Positions 9,827-19,817 of a stretch of DNA of 64,000 nt are shown here, one piece after another. Position 1 is the stretch's first letter. Each line of letters opens with the position of its first letter. Below the pieces are notes generated by a model that searched no databases, was not told where the DNA came from, and worked only from the letters and a program-made list of their open reading frames with translations. The translations under genes were made by a program, and so were the position numbers. The DNA comes from Klebsiella phage Miami: sequence record MT701590.1. One strand, 5' to 3'.

Positions 9827-10495
9827 ATGAAGACCGCATTTGGTTTAATGTTCATTCTTATCATGGGGATAAGTAGCGCATTCGCATCAGTGAGTACATC
9901 TCAGTCGGATTACCACTATTTTAATAAACAGAAAACTTATATTTTCGAAGCATCCAAACTTACGGGGATCTCCCCTGAATTAGTTACCGCAATAGGTTCC
10001 ATTGAAAGTGGCCTGGGGCGTAATAAAGTTAATCGGTATTCTAAAGTCAAAGGTGTGATGCAAACCACCAAGCGGACTTATAACTCTAACCTTAAGAAAC
10101 ACCACGAAAGACTTGGGTTATCTCCTAACGCTTCTATCAAAAACGATAGAGCAAATATCTTAGTTGCTACCGCAGCATTAGCAGATAACAAACGTTACTT
10201 AGAGAAAGTCACGAATAAAAAAATCACAGATGGGGATGTGTTCATTTCTCATCTGGTAGGTTTAGGTGGCGCAGCTAAAATAATCAAAGGTAAACCCAAC
10301 GCCCCTATAAGCCGTTATATCACGCTTCATAAAGGTAACATGCGACTCTATACTGACAAAGGACGGGTATTGACCGTGGCGCAGTTTAGGAGGAATATGG
10401 ATCGGTTGGTAAAGAGAGAAAGCGCGAAGTATGCCGTGGTTATCAATCAGAACAAGTTGGATCGTTTGATAACAGCTGTCGCGTATAATCAATAA
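9827..10495 (+). CDS. secreted lytic transglycosylase (SLT domain) candidate
   Basis: Signal peptide MKTAFGLMFILIMGISSAFA. SIESGLG (catalytic E-S) and S-x-V-K-GVMQ resemble family-1 lytic transglycosylase motifs. Strong RBS gaggaaataaaaa. Confidence 0.55.
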   Translation: MKTAFGLMFILIMGISSAFASVSTSQSDYHYFNKQKTYIFEASKLTGISPELVTAIGSIESGLGRNKVNRYSKVKGVMQTTKRTYNSNLKKHHERLGLSPNASIKNDRANILVATAALADNKRYLEKVTNKKITDGDVFISHLVGLGGAAKIIKGKPNAPISRYITLHKGNMRLYTDKGRVLTVAQFRRNMDRLVKRESAKYAVVINQNKLDRLITAVAYNQ

Positions 10496-10585
10496 ATTTC
10501 CACCGATCGAATCCTTTATATAGGAGGATGTTTACTGTGGGTTGAGCGTGGTAACTTAACCCACTCTTTTTAAAGAGGCAGTATT

Positions 10586-10843
10586 GTGAACAAGACAATG
10601 CAATTTTCCCTTAACGACAAAGGGGTTTTAGTACAAGACGACAACGGTAACATTCCCGTTCAAATTATTGAAAATCAGACTGAGGACGGGCGTAAAACAG
10701 CCGCTATCGTATTCGGTGGAGAAACCCAAGGTTTCGCTTGTTTCGATTCTAATCAGAATAAACCGATAAGCGTAATCCCCTCCAAACCGTTTCAAGATCC
10801 AAATCTCGATGAATCGCTGTACAATATTTGTAAAGCCATCTGA
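10586..10843 (+). CDS. hypothetical protein (GTG start)
   Basis: 85-aa ORF, RBS agagg upstream of GTG. Hairpin after the stop. Confidence 0.45.
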   Translation: MNKTMQFSLNDKGVLVQDDNGNIPVQIIENQTEDGRKTAAIVFGGETQGFACFDSNQNKPISVIPSKPFQDPNLDESLYNICKAI

Positions 10844-10902
10844 TTTAATAGGGGAGGTTCTTCCTCCCCTATCCCTTATACCGCATTTTCGGAATTCTAA
10901 GA

Positions 10903-11313
10903 ATGAATAAAAATGAAATTATTGACCTCCGTTTTGGTCGCAGCGAATTCAAAGTCAATGGGTATTTCGTAGCCTTTACTGCCGGGATGACTAAGCAATT
11001 CGGCAGGGTTGTTAAAATCGAATTTAAAATTAAAAACTCTGCCTCTCGTTTTAGGCTGATCGCTCACGCATTGACGGTTATTGAAGAAACCGATCTCATT
11101 CTTTTGCATGGCGGAGATTCAAATATTATGGAATTTGTACTCGACGCTTGTGAGCAAAGCAAGAGTATTGTTGAATACGGCGGTGAACAGTTCGAAGCCT
11201 TTAATGTTTTGGAACGTGCTATCAAAGAAGACCCCGTTAATTGGGAACGGATGTTAAGTAAAGTGCAGTCGTCCTTGTTAACTAATAGTCCTTTGAGACA
11301 ACATTATCACTGA
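10903..11313 (+). CDS. hypothetical protein
   Basis: 136-aa ORF colinear with neighbours. Confidence 0.5.
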   Translation: MNKNEIIDLRFGRSEFKVNGYFVAFTAGMTKQFGRVVKIEFKIKNSASRFRLIAHALTVIEETDLILLHGGDSNIMEFVLDACEQSKSIVEYGGEQFEAFNVLERAIKEDPVNWERMLSKVQSSLLTNSPLRQHYH

Positions 11314-11332
11314 CTTTAGATGGGAGTGTGCT

Positions 11333-11803
11333 ATGGATACGACGGTTGCTTCAGAGATACCATTAGATCAGACCCCTCAGTACGCAGACGATGTAGAGTG
11401 CACGGATGCGTATATTTTTGAAACCGACGAAGACGGAGTAGGTTTAGAACTCGCTTTGTTCTCTCCCCTGCCCGATAGCTTTACTCCCGTATTAAGAATG
11501 GCTCTGGTCAAGTTGGATACCGCTATGCCTATTGACGGTATAGAGGGTTTATACCGGGATCTTGACCAGACATTTGTTAACAATTACATGACCGGGTATC
11601 TGGAAGATGATTTCGAACGCTTCTTTATCCATTTAGCGGAGCATCTAGAAAGATATGGCGGGGATACTCACCCGGCGATGATTGCGACGATTGAACAGAT
11701 AGCCTGCATGACTGAGATCTACGAGCTAAAGGATTTCAGAGAGTTCATTTACGGCGTGACCGTTATGGTCAAACTCTTTAATCCAGAACCCACCATCCAC
11801 TAA
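11333..11803 (+). CDS. highly acidic hypothetical protein (DNA-mimic candidate)
   Basis: 156 aa with about 31 D/E and very few K/R. RBS ggag upstream. Confidence 0.55.
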   Translation: MDTTVASEIPLDQTPQYADDVECTDAYIFETDEDGVGLELALFSPLPDSFTPVLRMALVKLDTAMPIDGIEGLYRDLDQTFVNNYMTGYLEDDFERFFIHLAEHLERYGGDTHPAMIATIEQIACMTEIYELKDFREFIYGVTVMVKLFNPEPTIH

Positions 11804-11811
11804 AGGTTTTT

Positions 11812-12438
11812 ATGGACACCAAATCCCCGGATTTTTATTTTGATTTAGACGACACCCTGACCGGCACCAACCCTTATTTATATCGCCGCGCTAAAACGTT
11901 TACTAAGCTGAATGGAGAACATGACGTTCACGACGTTCTCGTTCAATCAGAAAAGAATGGATTAACGACCCTACAACTACCTAAACCAATAGGTGATTAC
12001 ATTTTTACCCACTTCCTGGAAGACGGTAACTTTATGTTATCTGTTAACCGGTCTCCGTTATTAGAAGGGAATCTGGGTGCTTTTATTTGCTTGCTTAAAA
12101 CGATAAGAGCCAAAGGTGGGAAGGTAGGTGTTTGTACTCATCGCGGGTTTCATCCCAAAGCCAAGTCTTACTCCGAATATTGGCTAGATGCCAATATTGG
12201 AATGAAGTATTTTGACGAAGTTCATGTCCTCGACCCCAAGGCTCATCCTGATAAGCTGAAGTACCTCGAGACACAGTCAGAATCCTTTAAGTTGGTTGAT
12301 GATAATCCGTTCCATGATTTGAACAAAGTTCATCCCAGGGATAATCGAATCTTGCATTATAACGGGATTTCGGATTACTCAGGTTACCGCTTTCAACGCA
12401 AAGTCAAATCCGTTTCTGATATCATGCAATTGCTTTAA
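11812..12438 (+). CDS. HAD-superfamily phosphatase (nucleotidase-like)
   Basis: HAD motif I FYFDLDDTLT (DxDxT), later Thr-containing motif II-like VCTHRG and a D/K-rich C-terminal motif. Confidence 0.55.
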   Translation: MDTKSPDFYFDLDDTLTGTNPYLYRRAKTFTKLNGEHDVHDVLVQSEKNGLTTLQLPKPIGDYIFTHFLEDGNFMLSVNRSPLLEGNLGAFICLLKTIRAKGGKVGVCTHRGFHPKAKSYSEYWLDANIGMKYFDEVHVLDPKAHPDKLKYLETQSESFKLVDDNPFHDLNKVHPRDNRILHYNGISDYSGYRFQRKVKSVSDIMQLL

Positions 12439-12452
12439 ATTTAAACGATACC

Positions 12453-12495
12453 TACTATCTCTTGGGAAACCAAGAGATAGTAAAACCACTATTTT
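12453..12495 (+). terminator. rho-independent terminator (GNRA-loop hairpin)
   Basis: 13-bp stem TACTATCTCTTGG/CCAAGAGATAGTA with loop GAAA, followed by ACTATTTTT. Confidence 0.5.
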
Positions 12496-12516
12496 TGCAT
12501 TTAGGAAATTTTTACC

Positions 12517-14421
12517 ATGAGAGAGCAACTAGCTGAACAAATCAGGTATCATAATAAACGTTATTTTTTAGATAACGATCCGGAAATATCCGACGATCAA
12601 TACGACGAATTAAAACGGCAATACGACGCGTTGGGCGGTAATAAAAGTACTTCCCCCATCTTGTTAGACATGGAGGGGAGTGCTCTGCACAAGGTAGGGT
12701 TAGACATCCCCATGCTATCTTTATCTAAGAAATTGAACTTATCGGAATACGAAGCCTGGGAATCCGATTACGAAGATAAGGATAAATATCATTCTTACAA
12801 ACTGGACGGTCTGGCGATTGAAGCCTGTTACGAGTTTGGTTTGTTGACTAAACTCCGTACACGAGGAGATGGGTTAACTGGCGAAGATATCTTAGATAAT
12901 GCCGGGGTCTTCTCACCAGATCAACTCCCTTTAGAAAATCCAGCTTTAAAGGATTTCCACCGAGTTTGGTTACGAGGGGAAGGGTATGTCAGACTCGACG
13001 ATCTGGTTGTTATCAATGAGATCAACGCCAAGAGTTATCCCAATTGTCGTAGTGCGGCATCGGGCCTTATTCGTAGAAATCCAAAAGACAACGAAGATCT
13101 GGCAGGTAAGATTTCTTATAACGTTTATTGGTGCAGTGAACGTTTTGGTTTAGAGACTTACTCCGCCGTTATGGATAAACTCCGTGACTTCGGTTTCAGT
13201 ACTGCCCCGGAATGTCAGTATGAAGACATTGTCAATAATAACCGTCCCCCACTTCTTCCTACTGACGGAATCGTTTCCGTTATCGATAGTTTTTCTGATC
13301 AAGATGAATTGGGTTCGACTAATGAATACCCTCGCTGGGGCGTTGCTTATAAGTTCCCCCCAGAGCAAGCGGAAACCATTGCCGAAAACGTTTCGTGGGA
13401 AACGGGTAGAACAGGTCGGGTCACTCCTGTCCTCACCTATAAGGCGGTCACATTAGGTGGTAACACAAATACGGAATGTTCTTTGTTTAATTATCGTCAC
13501 TTCATCAAAACGGGTGTGCGTAAAGGGAGTCGGATTATCATTGCCCGTAACGGTGACGTCATTCCTTATTTCGTTAAGGTTGTGGAAGCCGGATTAGGGG
13601 ATGAGTTTAAAACCCCTAAAGTCTGTCCGTCGTGTTCGTCCATCCTGATGTACGAAGGGAAAGACGAGAAGAACATCTTCTTAACCTGTAAAAATACCGC
13701 GGATTGTCCAGCGCAGCATATCCAGCGATTCATTAATTTTGTCAGTCGTAAGGGATTGGATATCAAAGGTTACGGCGATAAGATGATGGAGAAACATGTC
13801 GGGGAAGGGAAAGTCAGCACGCTTTCTGACATTCTTAACTTAGGAGAAATCCTTTCAGGGGAGGGTTTGGATAGGAATACTGAGAAGGTTATTGAGAAAC
13901 TCAATAACTTAGGAAGTTACCCGGCATATAAGGTACTGGGTGCTTTGGGTATTCCTGGTGTCGCCGAAGGAACAGCTAAACTCATTACCGCTCAAGTCGG
14001 CAGTGTGGAAGATCTAATCGCTCTGCTTAAAGACGTTAAACGTTTGCTGGAGATTGAAGGTGTTGGAGTGAGTACCGTAAATGAGATCCAATCGTTTTTA
14101 AGTAACCCGGCTCTCCTTACGGATGTCGAAAACGTACTGAATAAACTCACGTTAACATTTGAAAAAGGGCAAGAACACGATATCAAAGTTTGCGTTACCG
14201 GGGGGTTATCCATTCCGAGAAAAGCAGCAGAAGAGAAGTTCAATCTTTCTGGGATTGAGTTACTGGACGGTGTAACTAAAAAGATGGATGTTCTCGTCTT
14301 CGCACCTGGAGGGAGCCAGGGTAAGAAGGATAAAGCTATCGCCATGAATAAAGTGGTTATAGAAGCAACCGACGTTCACACTGTAGAACAAATTATCGAT
14401 CAAATATTAACAGCCATTTAG
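12517..14421 (+). CDS. ligA: NAD-dependent DNA ligase (LigA family)
   Basis: Adenylation motif SYKLDGLA (KxDG) and TRGDGLTGEDI conserved. Zn-finger cysteines CPSC...C...C, then HhH and BRCT-like C-terminus. 634 aa. Confidence 0.9.
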   Translation: MREQLAEQIRYHNKRYFLDNDPEISDDQYDELKRQYDALGGNKSTSPILLDMEGSALHKVGLDIPMLSLSKKLNLSEYEAWESDYEDKDKYHSYKLDGLAIEACYEFGLLTKLRTRGDGLTGEDILDNAGVFSPDQLPLENPALKDFHRVWLRGEGYVRLDDLVVINEINAKSYPNCRSAASGLIRRNPKDNEDLAGKISYNVYWCSERFGLETYSAVMDKLRDFGFSTAPECQYEDIVNNNRPPLLPTDGIVSVIDSFSDQDELGSTNEYPRWGVAYKFPPEQAETIAENVSWETGRTGRVTPVLTYKAVTLGGNTNTECSLFNYRHFIKTGVRKGSRIIIARNGDVIPYFVKVVEAGLGDEFKTPKVCPSCSSILMYEGKDEKNIFLTCKNTADCPAQHIQRFINFVSRKGLDIKGYGDKMMEKHVGEGKVSTLSDILNLGEILSGEGLDRNTEKVIEKLNNLGSYPAYKVLGALGIPGVAEGTAKLITAQVGSVEDLIALLKDVKRLLEIEGVGVSTVNEIQSFLSNPALLTDVENVLNKLTLTFEKGQEHDIKVCVTGGLSIPRKAAEEKFNLSGIELLDGVTKKMDVLVFAPGGSQGKKDKAIAMNKVVIEATDVHTVEQIIDQILTAI

Positions 14422-14431
14422 GAGAAAAGCA

Positions 14432-14758
14432 ATGCGAATTATTAAAATCGTAACTGTTTTTGTAGATGCGACTATGGAGGAGATCAAAGCGATCGTGAAA
14501 CAACACGTCGAGCGTAATTTATACGAAGATCATATCCTCGAATACAAAGAAGGTTCGGCCGTTTTCTTGGTTGCCGAAAACCAAGCCGGATTGGTTGCGA
14601 CCTCTTTGCAAGGCGCTTTCGATAATTCGGAATACACGCCTCGCTCTACGTTAACGGATACTGACAAGGGATTGATCGTATTGCGTTACACCAAACTCAC
14701 TGGGGACCTGCGCGCTTCTAACGGTACTCGTAATCAAGCCAAAGCCATGTTTAACTAA
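14432..14758 (+). CDS. hypothetical protein
   Basis: 108-aa ORF, RBS ggagaaaag upstream. Confidence 0.5.
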   Translation: MRIIKIVTVFVDATMEEIKAIVKQHVERNLYEDHILEYKEGSAVFLVAENQAGLVATSLQGAFDNSEYTPRSTLTDTDKGLIVLRYTKLTGDLRASNGTRNQAKAMFN

Positions 14759-14773
14759 TCGGATATCAACAAA

Positions 14774-16054
14774 ATGACCAAAGAAACTAAAGCAGAAAAC
14801 AAATCTGACGTTATCTTTTTCGGAGATGAGAAAAAAGAGGCGGATGGATTTAAAGTTCGAGAGAAACAGATACAGGTTGCTAATCCTAAACGCGACTATC
14901 ATCTGATGATCGACGGAGAGGATAAAACTTCCGAATTAGTTGACGTGGATAAAGCGGGCATGGACGATTTCCAATTTCGGTTCGGATTCTTTATGTACAT
15001 CCGCGATAAAAACAAGAAGCTAAAAAGACTCTTTGAATACGGTTCTGCTGAGGGTTTGAAAGAGTTTACGTTTAAGCAATCTGATAAAGAATATCGGATC
15101 GTTTTAAGCAAGGGCTCCTCCGTGACACTTCAGACTAAATCTGGTGGCGGGATGTTCGATGAGGACTTCATGCCCATGGGAGAGGACGTCTCAGTGAACG
15201 ATTACCGATTACGTGATGCGTTCCACCCCTCTTTTAACCTTAAACCTGAGACAGGAAACAAAACTACTCTGGTAGTTCTTAACTCCACTGTTTCACTCAA
15301 ATATGTTTACGGGATTAATCTCGTTATCAATCAGGATATCACAGAAGGAACGCTGATATCCTCCTATGTTTACAATTCTCGGTATTCGGATTACCATAAG
15401 CTGGTTAACCCGACCATTGTGCGGTCAGAGATTGATGAAGGGTCGTTATCCGAATCACCTTATATTGTAAAAAGTGTTATTCGTGACTCCGGACTGAGAG
15501 GAAAGAGGGTTTCCGTCGTCAACTCTGTGTTTCTTAAAACCAGAATTAATGCCGAAGGTGGGATCACAGCAAGTAAAGTTAGTTTAGAAAACTCCAACAT
15601 CAGCTCCAGAAGTTCTAACGTAGATTTCGACGGGAGCTCTTTCAACGTTTACTCAGGCGTACAGCTTAATACGGTCGCCGGCGTTCTAATCAAACGTAAA
15701 GTAGATTTTTTAGAGTACTCCATCGGTGATGTCACTCTGATAGCGGTACGTAAAGGCGGGCTTTATCCTCGCACCTATGAATCCGACAAGGGTGTTGAAA
15801 TGATTATCTCGACACCTTATCGTTACGTCGATATTAGGGATGAAATTGTTGTTAGAGAGAAAGATTCCCGCAGTGAAATCACGGCTAAAGTAGCTAAGCT
15901 CATTTTCAATAGGGATACTGAACAGACTATTTATCAGGGTCCGTTCCAGAGTAACACTGTGGAGTCGACTATCGTTGAATCTTTCTCTGACGCCATTATG
16001 TCCCGTCTTCGTCTGTTGGGGATGATTGATACAGCTTTAAGTGTGGGGATTTAA
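14774..16054 (+). CDS. hypothetical protein
   Basis: 426-aa ORF, tightly packed with neighbours. Confidence 0.55.
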   Translation: MTKETKAENKSDVIFFGDEKKEADGFKVREKQIQVANPKRDYHLMIDGEDKTSELVDVDKAGMDDFQFRFGFFMYIRDKNKKLKRLFEYGSAEGLKEFTFKQSDKEYRIVLSKGSSVTLQTKSGGGMFDEDFMPMGEDVSVNDYRLRDAFHPSFNLKPETGNKTTLVVLNSTVSLKYVYGINLVINQDITEGTLISSYVYNSRYSDYHKLVNPTIVRSEIDEGSLSESPYIVKSVIRDSGLRGKRVSVVNSVFLKTRINAEGGITASKVSLENSNISSRSSNVDFDGSSFNVYSGVQLNTVAGVLIKRKVDFLEYSIGDVTLIAVRKGGLYPRTYESDKGVEMIISTPYRYVDIRDEIVVREKDSRSEITAKVAKLIFNRDTEQTIYQGPFQSNTVESTIVESFSDAIMSRLRLLGMIDTALSVGI

Positions 16055-16057
16055 ACC

Positions 16058-16663
16058 ATGTTAAAAATTCGTTTCGAAGAATTAAAGACGTTTAACAAAC
16101 TCATTGTTAACGACTTTACCATTAAGGTCGATAAAGGCCACGAGAACCTTCCTGCTGAGCTTTACGAAGGTAAGACGCTCATCGCTACCATACCGACAAC
16201 AAAATCGTCCTCAGGCGTTCCTATTAAGCCTATGGGGTTATTCCCGTTCGTTACTTTAATGGCCATGGGTGGGGCTATTATCAGTCAACAGAAAGAAGGC
16301 GTCTTTGATAAACTCCAGGGTTTATCCGAAGAAATCTTTTCTCACGCGGTTCATCGTCAAACGATGGGGGAACAGTTCTGCGACGATCCTAAGAATCACA
16401 AGTACCTTCGTGTGTGCTTGGATAATGGGGCGTGGTCAACTGAGAAGGAAATCCAACCCGGTATTTTTGTGAATAACGAGTTTTACGTGTCGTCCAACGT
16501 TAATTCGAAAAATCAGCGTTTTATGAAGGTTATTTCTATAACCGACGTCGCCTCCCCTAATCGTAAAAATATCGTTAGGCAGGAACTCCGTCAGGTTTAC
16601 GTCTTCACTGTACCGTTTGGGGAATTCGGATTTAAACACGAATTGGTCCAGTCGATTAAATAA
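16058..16663 (+). CDS. hypothetical protein
   Basis: 201-aa ORF, 3-nt spacing to the upstream gene, hairpin after the stop. Confidence 0.55.
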   Translation: MLKIRFEELKTFNKLIVNDFTIKVDKGHENLPAELYEGKTLIATIPTTKSSSGVPIKPMGLFPFVTLMAMGGAIISQQKEGVFDKLQGLSEEIFSHAVHRQTMGEQFCDDPKNHKYLRVCLDNGAWSTEKEIQPGIFVNNEFYVSSNVNSKNQRFMKVISITDVASPNRKNIVRQELRQVYVFTVPFGEFGFKHELVQSIK

Positions 16664-16715
16664 CGTTGAGAGGGGAGATTAAGTTCTCCCCTATTTAACC
16701 AACGAGGATAAGATT

Positions 16716-17237
16716 TTGGATCAAATTATTATCTACACCGACGGCAGTTGTCTTGAGAATAGCGCGGCCGGAGGACCGGGAGGATGGGCGTACATTATCG
16801 TAGGCAAGGATGAAAAATATTCGATAGAGCAAAACAAAGGTTATTTTAAAACCACAAATAACCGAATGGAAATGATGGCGTGTTTAGAAGCGTTATTGGA
16901 GTTCGATTACCCGAAAAGAATTATCATTCATACCGATAGCCAATATCTCATCGACGGGATGACCAAATGGATTTACGGTTGGAGAAAAAGGAATTGGGTG
17001 ACGGGTTACGGAGAAGCAGTTAAAAACAAAGACCTTTGGCAGGCGTTGATTGACGCAAGCAAATTTCATAAAGTCACCTACGTGAAAGTTAAAGCACACA
17101 ACGGCGATAAGTATAATGAACGTTGCGATGTTCTCGCTAAAGAAGCGGCGAGAAATCCAGAACTCGACGACGTAGGTTTCGTCCCCGTACACAACCCACC
17201 CAAAATTAAATATCCTTATTACTTTAGGAAAAGATAA
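16716..17237 (+). CDS. rnh: ribonuclease H (RNase HI type)
   Basis: IIIYTDGSC catalytic Asp motif, HTDSQY, WxxxGW..KN..W, VKAHNGDKYNERCDVLAK. TTG start with RBS gagga. Confidence 0.85.
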   Translation: MDQIIIYTDGSCLENSAAGGPGGWAYIIVGKDEKYSIEQNKGYFKTTNNRMEMMACLEALLEFDYPKRIIIHTDSQYLIDGMTKWIYGWRKRNWVTGYGEAVKNKDLWQALIDASKFHKVTYVKVKAHNGDKYNERCDVLAKEAARNPELDDVGFVPVHNPPKIKYPYYFRKR

Positions 17238-17239
17238 TC

Positions 17240-18580
17240 ATGGTTTCAATTGATGATGTGCAGAAAAAACTCACTGCTTATTTTGACGACCGTTTAATCG
17301 GACAACCTGAATTAGTAGAGGGTATTGTAACCAATATCAAACTACGAGAAATCTACCATAACAATTTAGCCTTTGCTAAAGAAACTGGGATTTATATCCC
17401 CCCTTTAAATATGCTGGTTAGGGGGAAATCTGGCAACGGTAAAAGTCATTCGATTAACTTTATTTGTCGATCTTTGGGATTACCTTTCGTCAGCGTCAAC
17501 GCCACGGATTTTACTTCTTCCGGTTACGTTGGCGCTTCGTTGTCAGATATTCCTAAAATGCTGATCGATGAAGCGGAAAGGATTCTTAAAGAGAAAGATC
17601 AAATTAAGGGTGGGTTCGACGTTCCCCCTCCTACACAGGACGATAAAGATATTGAGGAAGCCGACAATCGTTTTAAAGCGATAGAAAAAGAATTAATCGA
17701 CTTGGGCGTTCGTATGGATAAAATGGGCCCTAAGCGACCTGCCTTCGCCCACTCTATACGTTTGTATGAAAAGGGGATACCGTACAGAATCAGACTTTGT
17801 TTCCGTAACAAAACACCTAAGAAACTTTATGCCGAATTAACCGAAGGGAAGGAATTTACGGATAAAGAGAGGACTAAGATTAATAGTCTTTTAAACAAGC
17901 TATCCACCCCATATAAACCCTACTCGTTTAAATTCGATACAAGTTTCATTGATAAGTTCAGGTTAGGTGGAATAAAAGATTCTAATCCTGGAGTCAAAGA
18001 GTATGCCCAAAATAAGGGCATCGTTATGATCGATGAGATCGATAAAATCCTTATGGGTAAGAACGGACAATACAACGTTGGCACTCACGGAATCATTAGG
18101 GAGATTTTAGCGTATCTGTCCGGATCGAACATTATGTGCGGAGGGGATATGTTTGATACGTCAAACATCATCTTTATCTGTGCTGGCGCTTTTGACATGG
18201 TTGACTTTAAAGACATCCCCACCGAACTCTTAGGTCGGCTCCCTACACGTTTAACTGTTAAGGACCCTACTGAAGATAGTCTTTACCGGATGCTGACTTC
18301 CCAGGTAGTCGACCCGTGGGGTATGGTCAAACTCATTCTTCGTAATAAAGGATGTGAGAATTTTATCATTAGTGATGAAATCTCTAGGCATATCGCCAAA
18401 CGTGTTATTGAGGACGAAAAGATCAAACCCATTGGGGTCAGACGTTTAATGGCCGTGATTAGCGAAATAGCTAAAATCTATTATCTCATGGACGAGATAG
18501 ATAAAGAGATAACTTTATCAGAGTTCGTAGCGGATAAAGCACTTAAAACGATTAGAGACGGTTTATTAGAATCGGTTTAA
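17240..18580 (+). CDS. HslU/ClpX-like AAA+ unfoldase ATPase (orphan, no adjacent protease)
   Basis: LIGQPELVEG, Walker A VRGKSGNGKSH, ATDFTSSGYVG, an I-domain-like insertion, Walker B IVMIDEIDKI, DTSNIIFICAGAF and LLGRLPTRL all line up with HslU/ClpX landmarks. Confidence 0.75.
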   Translation: MVSIDDVQKKLTAYFDDRLIGQPELVEGIVTNIKLREIYHNNLAFAKETGIYIPPLNMLVRGKSGNGKSHSINFICRSLGLPFVSVNATDFTSSGYVGASLSDIPKMLIDEAERILKEKDQIKGGFDVPPPTQDDKDIEEADNRFKAIEKELIDLGVRMDKMGPKRPAFAHSIRLYEKGIPYRIRLCFRNKTPKKLYAELTEGKEFTDKERTKINSLLNKLSTPYKPYSFKFDTSFIDKFRLGGIKDSNPGVKEYAQNKGIVMIDEIDKILMGKNGQYNVGTHGIIREILAYLSGSNIMCGGDMFDTSNIIFICAGAFDMVDFKDIPTELLGRLPTRLTVKDPTEDSLYRMLTSQVVDPWGMVKLILRNKGCENFIISDEISRHIAKRVIEDEKIKPIGVRRLMAVISEIAKIYYLMDEIDKEITLSEFVADKALKTIRDGLLESV

Positions 18581-18584
18581 ACTT

Positions 18585-18613
18585 ATATCCTGGGCGGATC
18601 CGCCCAGGATATA
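18585..18613 (+). terminator. terminator-like hairpin
   Basis: 13-bp stem ATATCCTGGGCGG/CCGCCCAGGATAT after the HslU-like gene. Confidence 0.45.
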
Positions 18614-18643
18614 ATCTGTTAATTTAACTTTTGGAAACTCATC

Positions 18644-19162
18644 ATGCTTTTAGACGAATGGGCCAGAGAGTTTAACGTTCTACTACCACGGGAGGGTAAA
18701 ATGGATTTTATCGATTATCTTAAAGTACATGAAAGGACCATCGATTTATGTTTTTTAGGGGTTTTTATTATTTTGTTGGGAGCGTTAGGATTTTTCCTAA
18801 TGAAAATTAGAATTGACCTCGACAAAGAATATAAAAAGTATATGGACAGACGCGATTTTAAACTGGTTCAATCTATTCGTTTTTATTTGGCCTTTAAAGA
18901 ACCTCCGTCGGAATGCGACCGGACTAAACTCCTTATAAAGAATGAAAAAGAGCTTCTTATCGTGCTAGACCATTTTTTGAGAAAAGACGTTGTGTTACGC
19001 AAGAAGCTTAGGTTTAAAAGGCTCGGGGTTAAATTGTCAGACGGCAATTTCGAGATAAAAATCAAATCAATTTTTAGAACAAACCAATATGTGTTGGTCG
19101 CGGATTCCTCAAAGTTATTAATCTTCTTAGGTCTATTACTGGAGAAAAATAAAAATGGTTGA
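18644..19162 (+). CDS. membrane protein, hypothetical
   Basis: One predicted TM helix (GVFIILLGALGFFLM). The true start may be the internal Met at about 18701. Confidence 0.45.
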   Translation: MLLDEWAREFNVLLPREGKMDFIDYLKVHERTIDLCFLGVFIILLGALGFFLMKIRIDLDKEYKKYMDRRDFKLVQSIRFYLAFKEPPSECDRTKLLIKNEKELLIVLDHFLRKDVVLRKKLRFKRLGVKLSDGNFEIKIKSIFRTNQYVLVADSSKLLIFLGLLLEKNKNG

Positions 19163-19541
19163 ATTGTCGTTAGTCTCTATCATTTTTGGAATTGGGTTAG
19201 GTATACTGCTGACTCTTTTTTGGATTAAATTTTTAAAGGGAGTGCTGGAGAAGAAAGAAGCTGAAAGGAAACTTAAAGAGGAAATAGATGAAAAATCTAA
19301 GGAGTTGGATTTACTGGTGTCTAAATTAAGAAAAGAGGTTCGTAGTCTTGATGAGTTACTTAACCATCCGGACTTCGCCGAACTGTACAGTTTTCTTAAA
19401 TGTTCGATAATAGTAAGGTCCGACGCCCTTTTCATTATTTCGCCGTATTGGAGTAATACCAAAGAATGCTTTGAACATATTCCGATTCATTTAAAGCGGG
19501 TTGACCGGATCTCCTCGCGCATTTTAGGCGAACTTATCTAA
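19155..19541 (+). CDS. membrane protein, hypothetical
   Basis: N-terminal TM helix (LVSIIFGIGLGILLTLFWI). Its start overlaps the upstream stop. Confidence 0.5.
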   Translation: MVELSLVSIIFGIGLGILLTLFWIKFLKGVLEKKEAERKLKEEIDEKSKELDLLVSKLRKEVRSLDELLNHPDFAELYSFLKCSIIVRSDALFIISPYWSNTKECFEHIPIHLKRVDRISSRILGELI

Positions 19542-19577
19542 GTTCGATTTCTAAAACATACACTCATTAGGCAAATT

Positions 19578-19817
19578 ATGAAACTCGAAGACTATCAGCA
19601 TCACGTTTCCATCGTCCAACACGAAGATGGAAAGGAACTCCCCTATTTCAAACAAAAGACTTACTGTGGCGCTAAACCAGAACCTTGGATGTTTCAAGGG
19701 GCTGGACACGCCATACTGGCGATTTCTAATCAAAGCTACACACAACCCTGCCCGGAATGTATTAAAGCCATACAGGCGATTACAGAAGGGTATTTAAAGG
19801 AAAATTCCAATGACTAA
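19578..19817 (+). CDS. hypothetical small Cys-containing protein
   Basis: 79 aa with C...CPEC. Confidence 0.45.
   Translation: MKLEDYQHHVSIVQHEDGKELPYFKQKTYCGAKPEPWMFQGAGHAILAISNQSYTQPCPECIKAIQAITEGYLKENSND

Noticed and set aside
10496-10585. tRNA-like T-loop string GATCGAATCC
   Set aside because: No flanking acceptor or T-stem complementarity and no cloverleaf can be drawn. The region instead holds a simple hairpin (GTGGGTT...AACCCAC) ahead of the next gene. I found no tRNA genes in any intergenic gap.
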